A DNA stretch of 64,000 nt. Origin: Paludisphaera sp. (GTDB taxonomy: Bacteria > Planctomycetota > Planctomycetia > Isosphaerales > Isosphaeraceae). A model generated the notes under the pieces. It was not told where the DNA came from. It saw only the letters and a list, made by a program, of their open reading frames with translations, and searched no databases. The translations under genes were made by a program, and so were the position numbers. The stretch's first letter is position 1. Every line of letters begins with the position of its first letter. Where the stretch lies: contig NZ_JBBCIR010000007.1 of the NCBI RefSeq assembly GCF_037189885.1, positions 70,218 to 134,217 of the forward strand. The letters run 5' to 3'. Shown in pieces: positions 1 to 8,309 of the stretch.

Positions 1-378
1 GCCGACGGCTACTCCCTGGTGCTGGGCGAGGGGCTCCCCGCCCTGCGGCGGAACCTCCGATCGGGCCTCTCCCTGGAATCGGCGATCATCGGGACATTCC
101 TGGCGATGATGGCGGAACACCCGGACACGCTCATCGCCCGCAAGCTGGGGCCGGACGCCGCGCGCGCGGCGTCGCGGCGCGCCCGCGAGGCGCTCGACTC
201 CGGCGCGAGCCCCGAGGCCCTCGCCGCGCTCGACGCCTGGCTCCGCGGCGACGGCCACCGCCGCAACCCCGGCGCGACCGCGGATCTGATCGCCGCCGTC
301 CTGTTCGCCGCCCTCCGCGAAGGGACCGTCTCCCTGCCGCGAGCCGTCGGCCCTGGGGCTTGGTCCGGTCGCGAGTAG
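1..378 (+). CDS. CitG-family triphosphoribosyl-dephospho-CoA synthase-like protein (C1-transfer cluster type), 5'-truncated by the window edge
   Basis: Frame 1 is open from base 1. Contains DTLIARKLG and the C-terminal RNPGATADLIAA motif typical of the CitG family, and sits next to other H4MPT/methanofuran genes. Confidence 0.8.
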   Translation, partial: ADGYSLVLGEGLPALRRNLRSGLSLESAIIGTFLAMMAEHPDTLIARKLGPDAARAASRRAREALDSGASPEALAALDAWLRGDGHRRNPGATADLIAAVLFAALREGTVSLPRAVGPGAWSGRE

Positions 379-432
379 CGCGTGAATATCCCCCCTCCCA
401 TCGCAGGCCGCAAGCCACAGGAATATCCAGAC

Positions 433-924
433 ATGCCCACGGCGTCGTACAAGGTCCGCGTCATCAAGGACGAGCTGGTCTTCTCGTCGGGACACTTCAT
501 CACGTTCAACGGCGACCACTGCGAGCGGATCCACGGCCACAACTACCGGGTCGCCGTGGAGGTCGACGGGCCGCTGGACGAGAACGCCTACGTCGTGGAC
601 TTCATCGCGCTACGCGACATGATGAAGGCCCTCGTCGCGGGACTTGACCACCGCATGCTCCTCCCCGGCGAGAGCCCGAGGATCCGCGTGACCGAGGAGG
701 GCCGCAACACCGTCGCGCGTTACGATGATCGGTTCTGGAGCTTCCCGACCGAGGAATGCGTCGTCCTGCCGATCGCCAACACCACGGCGGAACTCCTGGC
801 CCGCTACCTGGGCGACCGACTCCTCGCCGACATGAAGGCGCGCGGCTGGGCCGACCCCCGCGCCCTCCGCGTCGAGGTCGAGGAATGCTTCGGCCAATCG
901 GCCGAGGTCGAGCTAATCCCGTGA
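433..924 (+). CDS. 6-pyruvoyl-tetrahydropterin synthase (QueD/PTPS) family protein
   Basis: Motifs FSSGHF, CERIHGHNY and LDHRMLLP, plus NTTAELLA and VEVEE. Start chosen at ATG 433; the ORF track starts at 382. Confidence 0.88.
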   Translation: MPTASYKVRVIKDELVFSSGHFITFNGDHCERIHGHNYRVAVEVDGPLDENAYVVDFIALRDMMKALVAGLDHRMLLPGESPRIRVTEEGRNTVARYDDRFWSFPTEECVVLPIANTTAELLARYLGDRLLADMKARGWADPRALRVEVEECFGQSAEVELIP

Positions 925-1671
925 GGGCGCGTTGATTCGTTCGAGGGCGGCGCGGTCGATTCGGCCGTCGTGCAGCGCCGAGGCGACCAGGGCGGCGGAC
1001 GCCCCGCGGCGGCGGGCTTCGATCAGATCCGCCGCGCTCGCGACGCCGCCGCCGATGATCACCTGGACTTCGGGATGGCCGCAGGCGATCGATTCGAGCA
1101 GGGGGAACGTCCCGACGCCCGCTCCCCGCCCGACGCGCGCCAGGTCCAGCAGGATGACGCGCCGGACGCCGATCGCGACCAACCGCGAGGCAACCTCCGC
1201 GGCTTCGACGCGTCCCCAGGCGTCGGGCGTCGGCGTGATGGGGCGGCCGTCGCGGAGGTCCAGGCTGACGATCAGGCGGTCGGGCCCGGCCAGGTCGAGC
1301 ATCGCGGCGATCGCGTCGGGGCCCGAAGCGGTCTCCAGGCCCGCGACGACGCGCAGGCCGTCGATGGTCAGCAGCGGCGGGAGGTCGTCGGCCTCGCGCG
1401 CGCCGGCGTCCACCCAGAGGCTCGTCGCGATGGCCGCCAGGTCTCGGTAAAGCGGCAAGTCCCGTCCGCGCCCGGCGATGGCGTCCAGGTCGGCCAGGTA
1501 GAGCGGGGACGGGCCGAGGGCGTCGCGGAAGCCCCCCGCCAGTTCGCGCGGGTCGTCACCGGCGGCTATGATGCTCCGCACGGGCCGATATCGGGCCCGA
1601 TCGCCGCCGACGGCGTGGACCGCTCGCCCGCCGAGGACGTCGACGACCGGAACGACCTGGAAGTCTCGCAT
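913..1671 (-). CDS. HisA/HisF-related TIM-barrel protein (C1-transfer cluster type)
   Basis: N-terminal VVPVVDVLGGRAVHA, LYLADLDAI, WVDAG, VILLDLARVG and IIGGGV match the HisA/HisF-like family. Start at ATG 1671 (alternative 1695). Confidence 0.85.
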   Translation of the reverse strand: MRDFQVVPVVDVLGGRAVHAVGGDRARYRPVRSIIAAGDDPRELAGGFRDALGPSPLYLADLDAIAGRGRDLPLYRDLAAIATSLWVDAGAREADDLPPLLTIDGLRVVAGLETASGPDAIAAMLDLAGPDRLIVSLDLRDGRPITPTPDAWGRVEAAEVASRLVAIGVRRVILLDLARVGRGAGVGTFPLLESIACGHPEVQVIIGGGVASAADLIEARRRGASAALVASALHDGRIDRAALERINAPSRD

Positions 1672-3772
1672 GCTCAAGCCGTCGCCCCTATCCATCCTGA
1701 TTTATGAGCACATGACCGGCGGAGCCCTGGCCGGCGAGCCGGCTCCCGAATCGCTGGCGGCCGAGGGCGCCGCGATGCGCCGGGCGCTCGCCGCCGAGTT
1801 CGCCGCCGTCCGCCCCTGCCCGCGCGTGACGGTCGCCCTGGATCCTCGCCTGCCCGACGACCCGGGACCGTGGGAGACCGCCCGCGTCGACTCGGTCGAG
1901 CGGCTGGAGGAGCTTGCGCGGGCGTCGGATTGTACCCTGCTGATCGCGCCGGAGACCAACGGCGTGCTGGCGGGGCTGATCCGCCGCCTGGGTCGCGGCC
2001 CAACGCGGCTGATGAACGCCTCGTCCGAGGCCGTCGACCAGGCCGCCGACAAGTGTGCCTCGGCGCGTCGGCTGCGAAGCCATCGGCTGCCGACGCCTCG
2101 GTCGATCGTCCTCGATCCCGGCGACCTCCCGCCGGGCGACTGGCCCTATCCGGCCGTCGTGAAGCCCGTCGAAGGCGCGGGGTCGATCGACACGTTCCTG
2201 ATCGACGGGCCGGACGACTTCCCGAAGCTCCCCGCCGGCGTCCGTCGGCTGCTCCAGGAATTCGTCCCCGGGCGTCCGCTTTCCGCAACCTTCCTGGTCC
2301 GGCCCTTCCGCCGCCCCGGATTGCTCGCCCTCGGCGAACAGCGCGTGGAGATTATCGACGGCCGGTTCACTTACGGCGGCGGGAGGCTGCCGATCGCCGA
2401 GCTTGAGGCATTCGACGCCGGCCCGCTGATCAGGGCGTTGGAGGCGTTCCCCGGCCTGGACGGGCTGGTCGGCGTCGACTTCATCCTCGAACCGGGCGGA
2501 CGGATCGCGATCCTGGACGTCAACCCGCGCGCCACCACGTCCATCGTCGGTATTCTGGGCCTCGCGCGTCCGGGGAAGCTCGCGGAGTGCTGGTTGTTGG
2601 ACGAATCCGAGGATGAGTCCGATTGGCTCGACCGGATCAACGGCATCCGGGCCGACGTCGACCGCGAGGGGCCGATCGTCTTCGCCGCCGACGGCTCTAC
2701 GATCCGGCTCAAGGACTCGGAGGTCACCCGGACGACGCCGAAGGCCGCCGGCCCGTCGCCCCGCCGGCTGGCGGTCGACGTGGGGGGCGCAAACCTCAAG
2801 GCGGCGCACTCGGGGGGCGAGACCAGGTCGTCCCCCTTCGCCGTCTGGCGCGACCCGGATGGGCTGGCCGCGGCGCTCCGGGAGCTGGCGGCCGCGATGC
2901 CGGAGTTCGAGGGCGTCGCCGTCACGATGACCGCGGAGCTTTGCGACTGCTTCCAGACGAAGCGCGAGGGGGTCCGGCGGATCGTCGAGGCGGTCGTCGA
3001 TGCGTTCGGCGGGCATGACGTCCTGTTCTGGGGGACCGACGGCACGTTTCATGACGCCGGGGCGATCCTGCGGAGCCCATCCCTGGCGGCGGCCTCGAAC
3101 TGGCTGGCGTTGGCGACCGTCGCCGCGGGGCTCGCGGGCGAGGGGCCGGCGGTGCTGATCGACGTGGGGTCGACGACGACGGACATCATCCCGCTCGCCC
3201 GAGGTCGTGTCGCCGCCCGAGGCCGCGACGACACCGGGCGACTTCGCAACGGCGAGCTGGTCTACGCGGGCGTCGGGCGAACGCCGGTTTGCGCGCTCGC
3301 GGCGAGCCTCCGGTTCCAGGGCGCCGCGACGGGCCTCGCGGCCGAGCTGTTCGCGACGACTCGCGACGTCTACCTGCTGCTCGGCGACCTGCGCGGCGAC
3401 CCGGCCGACACGTCCACCGCCGACGGCCGACCCGCCGACCGCGCGCACGCCCGCGACCGCCTGGCTCGCATGGTGTGCGCCGATCGCGACTCGTGCTCGC
3501 TCGACGACGCGATCGAGCTGGCCCGCGCGGCCGACCGCGCGCTGTTCGACCGGCTGCTCTCCGAGGCGCGGCGGGCGTGCGAGGCGACCGTCGGGACGCC
3601 ATCGCTCGCGATCGTCTCCGGCTCGGGCGAATTCCTGGCGCGTCGCGTGGCCGAGGCACTCGTGGGCTCGTCGGGAGTAGTCCGGTCGCTCGGGGAACTC
3701 TGGGGGCCGGGAGGCTCGGAGGCAGCGTGCGCGCGGGCGCTGATCGAGCTGGCGGAGGCGCGCGATGGCTGA
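1670..3772 (+). CDS. Fused ATP-grasp ligase (MfnD-like) and hydantoinase/oxoprolinase-like H4MPT-linked C1 protein (MfnF-like)
   Basis: N-half has ILIYEHMTGG, LLIAPET, VVKPVEGAGS, LQEFVPG and DVNPRATTS (ATP-grasp). C-half has AVDVGGANLK, VTMTAELCDCF, AASNW, LIDVGSTTTDIIP and ELVYAGVGRTP. There is no stop codon between the halves. Confidence 0.8.
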   Translation: MLKPSPLSILIYEHMTGGALAGEPAPESLAAEGAAMRRALAAEFAAVRPCPRVTVALDPRLPDDPGPWETARVDSVERLEELARASDCTLLIAPETNGVLAGLIRRLGRGPTRLMNASSEAVDQAADKCASARRLRSHRLPTPRSIVLDPGDLPPGDWPYPAVVKPVEGAGSIDTFLIDGPDDFPKLPAGVRRLLQEFVPGRPLSATFLVRPFRRPGLLALGEQRVEIIDGRFTYGGGRLPIAELEAFDAGPLIRALEAFPGLDGLVGVDFILEPGGRIAILDVNPRATTSIVGILGLARPGKLAECWLLDESEDESDWLDRINGIRADVDREGPIVFAADGSTIRLKDSEVTRTTPKAAGPSPRRLAVDVGGANLKAAHSGGETRSSPFAVWRDPDGLAAALRELAAAMPEFEGVAVTMTAELCDCFQTKREGVRRIVEAVVDAFGGHDVLFWGTDGTFHDAGAILRSPSLAAASNWLALATVAAGLAGEGPAVLIDVGSTTTDIIPLARGRVAARGRDDTGRLRNGELVYAGVGRTPVCALAASLRFQGAATGLAAELFATTRDVYLLLGDLRGDPADTSTADGRPADRAHARDRLARMVCADRDSCSLDDAIELARAADRALFDRLLSEARRACEATVGTPSLAIVSGSGEFLARRVAEALVGSSGVVRSLGELWGPGGSEAACARALIELAEARDG

Positions 3773-4370
3773 CGTCCGCGCGGTCGTCGTCAAGGTCGGC
3801 GGCAGTTTGCTGGGGTGGGAAGGCCTGAGGGATCGGCTTTCGCGATGGCTCGCGACGATCGAGTCGCGCGGGGAGAACCCGGTGCTAATCGCGGGAGGCG
3901 GGCCGGTCGTCGACGCCTTGCGCCAACTCGACGCGGCGCACGGGCTGGGGGAGGAGGCAAGCCATCGCCTGGCGCTCCGTGGGATGGACGCCACGGCTCG
4001 CGTGCTGGCGGCGCTGGTGGCTCGCTCGCGGGTGGTCGAAATCCTGGGAGAGCTTCCCGACGTCTGGGCTGAAGGGGACCGGCCCATCCTGGCGCCGCGA
4101 CGGTTCTTGGAGGAGATCGACGAGCGGGCGGCGGATCCCCTGCCCCTCTCATGGGCGACGACGTCCGATTCGATCGCCGCGAGGGTGGCGGCCCATGTCG
4201 GCGCGCGGCTGGTGCTGCTCAAGAGCGGGCCGACCGCCGCGAGGACGCGCGGGGAGGCCGCGGCGGCCGGCTACGTCGATCCGGTCTTCCCGACGGCGTG
4301 CGCCGGGCTGTCACGGGTGGAGGCAGTCGACCTGCGCGACCCGCGATGGCCAGCGACCCGGCTCGATTGA
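3765..4370 (+). CDS. Amino-acid-kinase family protein (MfnE-like, methanofuran pathway)
   Basis: [19 protein letters not shown] and [11 protein letters not shown] motifs; overlaps the end of the upstream fusion gene. Confidence 0.82.
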   Translation: MADVRAVVVKVGGSLLGWEGLRDRLSRWLATIESRGENPVLIAGGGPVVDALRQLDAAHGLGEEASHRLALRGMDATARVLAALVARSRVVEILGELPDVWAEGDRPILAPRRFLEEIDERAADPLPLSWATTSDSIAARVAAHVGARLVLLKSGPTAARTRGEAAAAGYVDPVFPTACAGLSRVEAVDLRDPRWPATRLD

Positions 4371-4455
4371 CGGCCCCTCCTACCGCGAGCGCCGGGCGCG
4401 GGCTAAGATGTTCGCCGGACCTGGAGCCTTGGCGGTCGGGGGGGGCGAGCGGGCG

Positions 4456-4905
4456 ATGCGAGCGGTGATCCAACGGGTTTCGAAGGCGTCGGTCGAGGTC
4501 GGCGGCGAGGTCGTCGGCGCGATCGGCCGGGGGTGGCTGGTCCTGCTGGGGGTCGGCCGCGACGACACGCTGGACGACGCGGCGAGGCTCGCCGAGAAGG
4601 TCGTCAACCTCCGCGCCTTCGAGGACGAGGCCGGCAAGATGAACCGGAGCGTCGCCGACATCGACGGCGCGATCCTGGTCGTCAGCCAGTTCACCATCAT
4701 GGCGGACTGCCGCGCCGGGCGTCGTCCTGGCTTCTCCGACGCCGCGCCGCCGGAGCTGGCCGAGTCCCTGTATGAGGAGTTCGTCCGCCAGGTCGACGCC
4801 CTGGGCCGGCCCGTCGCGACCGGCCGATTCCGCGCCGAGATGGCCGTCTCGCTGGTGAACGACGGCCCGGTCACGTTCCTGCTGGACAGCCGCCGCCAGT
4901 TCTAG
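4456..4905 (+). CDS. dtd: D-aminoacyl-tRNA deacylase
   Basis: [13 protein letters not shown] start, VVSQFT, RRPGF and the C-terminal LVNDGPVT motif; 149 aa. Confidence 0.96.
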   Translation: MRAVIQRVSKASVEVGGEVVGAIGRGWLVLLGVGRDDTLDDAARLAEKVVNLRAFEDEAGKMNRSVADIDGAILVVSQFTIMADCRAGRRPGFSDAAPPELAESLYEEFVRQVDALGRPVATGRFRAEMAVSLVNDGPVTFLLDSRRQF

Positions 4906-4930
4906 CGCGGCGCAACCCGAGACCTCTCCC

Positions 4931-6448
4931 ATGACCGAACTTCCGATCGTCCTGGGCCTCGATGTCGGCACCCAGAGCCTCCGCGCCGCGCTGGTGGATC
5001 TGGACGGCAAGACGATCGCGTACGGCGTCGAGCCGATCGAGACCGTCTACCCGCGACCCGCCTGGGCCGAGCAACGCCCCGTCGACTGGTGGGCCGCCGC
5101 GAAGTCGGCCACGCGCAAGGCGCTCGCGGCCGGGGACGTGAGCCCGGATCGCGTCGTCGCGATCGGGCTGGACGCGACTGCCTGTACGGTCGTCGCCTGC
5201 GACGCCGACGGCGAGCCGATCCGTCCGTCGCTCCTCTGGATGGACCAGCGGTCCCACCGCGAGGCCGACGAGATCAGCGCGACAAACGACCCCGGTTTGC
5301 GCTACTACTCCGGCCGGGTCTCGCCGGAATGGATGCTCCCCAAGGCGCTCTGGCTGAAGCGGAACGAGCCCGGCGTCTACGCCCGCGCCGATCGGGTCGT
5401 GGAATGCACCGACTGGATGATGCACCGGCTGACCGGCGAGTGGAGGCTGTCGCTTAATCATCTGGCGGTGAAGTGGAATTACGCCCGCCCGGACGGCGGC
5501 TGGCCGCTGGCGATGATGAAGGCCGTGGGCCTGGACGACCTGGTCTCGAAGTGGCCGGCGGAGATCCTGCCGCTGGGCAGGCAGGCCGGGAAGCTCTCCG
5601 CGAAGGCCGCCGCCGACCTCGGGCTGAACGCGGGGACGCCGGTCGCGCAGGGGGGGATCGACGCCTATCTCGGGATGCTCGGCCTGGGGGCGACGGGCGA
5701 CGGCGACGTGGCCGTGATCGTCGGCTCCAGCACCTGCCACCTGGCCCAGACGCGCGAGGGGGTCTTCGGCTCCGGCGCCGCCGGCTGCTACCCCGACGCG
5801 ACGGTCGAGGGGCTGTACACGATCGAGGCCGGGCAGACCGCGACCGGCTCCATCCTCGACTGGTACCGCCGCCATTTCGCCGGCCGGGAGCAGGCCGAGG
5901 CCGAGGCTCGCGGGGTGAACGTCTACAGCGTGCTCGACGAGCAGGCCGCGGCCGTCCCGCCGGGGTCGGATGGGCTGGTCGTCCGCGAGGACTGGCAGGG
6001 CAACCGCTCGCCGTACAAGAACCCGCAAGCTCGGGGCGCGATCGTCGGGCTGTCGCTGGCCCACGGCCCCGGCCACGTCTTCCGGGCGCTGTACGAGGCG
6101 ACCGCCATGGGGACGCGCGCCATCCTCGACGATTGCTCCCGCCACGGCCTGGGCGTGGAGCGGATCTTCATCGGCGGCGGCGGGGCGAAGTCGCCGCTTT
6201 GGCTGAAGATCCACGCGGACGTCCTCCAGAAGCCCATCCACCTGACTCGCGAGGGGGAGTCGTGCGCCCTGGGCTCCGCGATGTGCGCGGCCGTCGCCGC
6301 CGGAATCTACAAGGACTTCGACGAGGCCGCCGCCGCCATGGTGGCCGTCGAGCGCGTCGTCGAGCCCGACCCCGGGAACGCGGCGGCGTATGACGAGTTG
6401 TTCGCGCGTTACGCCGACCTGTACCGGCGGCTGAACGAGCCGGCGTGA
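4931..6448 (+). CDS. FGGY-family carbohydrate kinase (ribulokinase-like)
   Basis: LGLDVGTQSLRA, IGLDATACT, LWMDQR, GGIDA, WQGNRSP and IGGGGAKS motifs. Confidence 0.9.
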   Translation: MTELPIVLGLDVGTQSLRAALVDLDGKTIAYGVEPIETVYPRPAWAEQRPVDWWAAAKSATRKALAAGDVSPDRVVAIGLDATACTVVACDADGEPIRPSLLWMDQRSHREADEISATNDPGLRYYSGRVSPEWMLPKALWLKRNEPGVYARADRVVECTDWMMHRLTGEWRLSLNHLAVKWNYARPDGGWPLAMMKAVGLDDLVSKWPAEILPLGRQAGKLSAKAAADLGLNAGTPVAQGGIDAYLGMLGLGATGDGDVAVIVGSSTCHLAQTREGVFGSGAAGCYPDATVEGLYTIEAGQTATGSILDWYRRHFAGREQAEAEARGVNVYSVLDEQAAAVPPGSDGLVVREDWQGNRSPYKNPQARGAIVGLSLAHGPGHVFRALYEATAMGTRAILDDCSRHGLGVERIFIGGGGAKSPLWLKIHADVLQKPIHLTREGESCALGSAMCAAVAAGIYKDFDEAAAAMVAVERVVEPDPGNAAAYDELFARYADLYRRLNEPA

Positions 6449-6562
6449 GCCCGGCGGGGGGCGAGGTCGGATGCCGGCCGCGTCGGGATTTCGCAGGCCG
6501 GGTCTCCACCCGGCCTACGAGGACTTCGATCCCGTCGACCTCCGGTCGCGCCCCTCTTGGCC

Positions 6563-7831
6563 TCAGTCGGCGGCCGGCTTGAGCGGCTTCGCCGGGACGC
6601 CGGCCACCGTCGTCCCCGCCGGAACCTCGCCCCGAGGGACGACCGCCCCGGCGCCGATGACGGCGTTCGCGCCAACCTGGACGGGGGCGACGAGGACGGC
6701 GTTGGCGCCGACGCGGGCGCCGTCGCCGATGGTGGTGGGGTGCTTGCGCTCGCCGTCGAAGTTGGCGGTGATCGCGCCGCCGCCGATGTTGACGTCGCGG
6801 CCGACCTTGGCGTCGCCCAGGTAGGCCAGGTGGCGGGCGATCGTGCCGGAGTCCAGCGTCGAGCGGTTCACGTCGACGAACGAGCCGACCTCCACGTCGT
6901 CGGCCAGCGTCGTCCCCGATCGGATGTGCGCGAACGGGCCGATCTTGCAGCGCTCGCCGATGGTCACGACGCCGGTGATGACGCTGAACGGGTGGATCAG
7001 CGTGTCGCGGCCGATCTTCGCGCGGCCGTCGATGTAAGTGTTGCCGGGGTCGACGATCGAGACCCCCTCGGTCATCCAATGGTCCTGAATCCGGGCCTGC
7101 ATGATGGCCCCGGCCTGGGCCAGGTGCTGGCGGGTGTTGACGCCCAGGATGTCGTCGGCCGAGAGGACGTTGAGGGCCAGCACCTTGCCGCCGGCGCGCA
7201 GGAGCTGCTCGGGGGCGTCGGTCAGGTAGTACTCGCCCTGGGCGTTGCTGGTGCCGATCTGGTCGAGGGACGACCAGAGGGCCGGGGCGTCGAAGACGTA
7301 GCAGCTCGGGTTGACCTCGCGGATCGCGCGCTCCTCGGGGGAGCAGTCGCGCTCCTCGACGATGCGGAGGAAACGGCCGGCGGAGTCGCGGAGGATGCGG
7401 CCGAAGCCGGTCGGGTCGTCGACCTCGGCCGTCCCCAGCAGGCAAGGGGCGCCCTCCTTGCGCTGGCGCTCGAACAGGTCGGCCAGCGGCTCGGGGCGCA
7501 GGAGGGGCTCGTCGCCGACGAGGACCATGATCGGGCCGTCATACCCCTCCAGGAGCGGCCGGCAGACCTTCACGGCGTGGCCGGTGCCGAGTTGCTTGTC
7601 CTGGACGGCGAAGCGGATGTCGGGCTCGCCGTCGAGGGCGGCGTAGAGCTGGTCGGCCGCGTAGCCGACGACGACGATGATGGTCCTGGCGCCCGCGCCG
7701 CGGGCGGCGTCGACGACGTAGGAGATCATCGACCGGCCGCAGACCTCGTGCAGCACCTTCGCCCGGTCGGAATTCATCCGCTTCCCCTGGCCCGCCGCCA
7801 GGATGATCGCCACCGGCCCTTCGATCGCCAT
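6563..7831 (-). CDS. glmU: GlmU-like UDP-GlcNAc pyrophosphorylase / acetyltransferase
   Basis: IILAAGQGKRMNS, QLGTGHAV, NAQGEYYLTD, GVN, hexapeptide repeats, HLAYLGDA and ANFDG. Start at ATG 7831. Confidence 0.88.
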   Translation of the reverse strand: MAIEGPVAIILAAGQGKRMNSDRAKVLHEVCGRSMISYVVDAARGAGARTIIVVVGYAADQLYAALDGEPDIRFAVQDKQLGTGHAVKVCRPLLEGYDGPIMVLVGDEPLLRPEPLADLFERQRKEGAPCLLGTAEVDDPTGFGRILRDSAGRFLRIVEERDCSPEERAIREVNPSCYVFDAPALWSSLDQIGTSNAQGEYYLTDAPEQLLRAGGKVLALNVLSADDILGVNTRQHLAQAGAIMQARIQDHWMTEGVSIVDPGNTYIDGRAKIGRDTLIHPFSVITGVVTIGERCKIGPFAHIRSGTTLADDVEVGSFVDVNRSTLDSGTIARHLAYLGDAKVGRDVNIGGGAITANFDGERKHPTTIGDGARVGANAVLVAPVQVGANAVIGAGAVVPRGEVPAGTTVAGVPAKPLKPAAD

Positions 7832-8309
7832 GCCGTTACCCCTACCGCCGCCCAGGCGCGGTCCCGCGCCCTCCGTCGCCGCCGGGGCCGTTCCCCGGGG
7901 CCGTCGCATCATAAAGCCGCCGCGCCGAACACGTCAAACTCCCGGCGCCGCCCCGTTGCCCGTACGCCCCGTCCGCGAGGCGAAAGCTCCCAGGCCCCTT
8001 GTGATTTCACGACCCCGGTCGTCGTCGGAGGGGGTCAACGCCGCCAGGGCGTCGCAAGTCCCCTGAGCCCGGGAGCCTCGCGGCCATGAATCGCGTCGTC
8101 GTCCGCCTCGACGGGATCGGGAACGTCCCCGCCGACGACGACTTGCCCTCCGACCCGCGGATCGAGATGAATGCGGGCCGCCAAGACGGTTCGAGCCGGG
8201 AGGTCGGCCTCGACGGCGTCCGTCGGGCGTCGGCGCCGGTCGAAGGGACATGATCTCCCGCGACGCGCTGGGGGCGGGGCTGGACGACCATGCCTGGCGG
8301 GCCGCCCGC

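Noticed and set aside
8086-8253. Small ORF MNRVVVRLDGIGNVPADDD... between glmU and the antiporter
   Set aside because: Short, weak ribosome-binding site and no motif, so coding status is unsupported.
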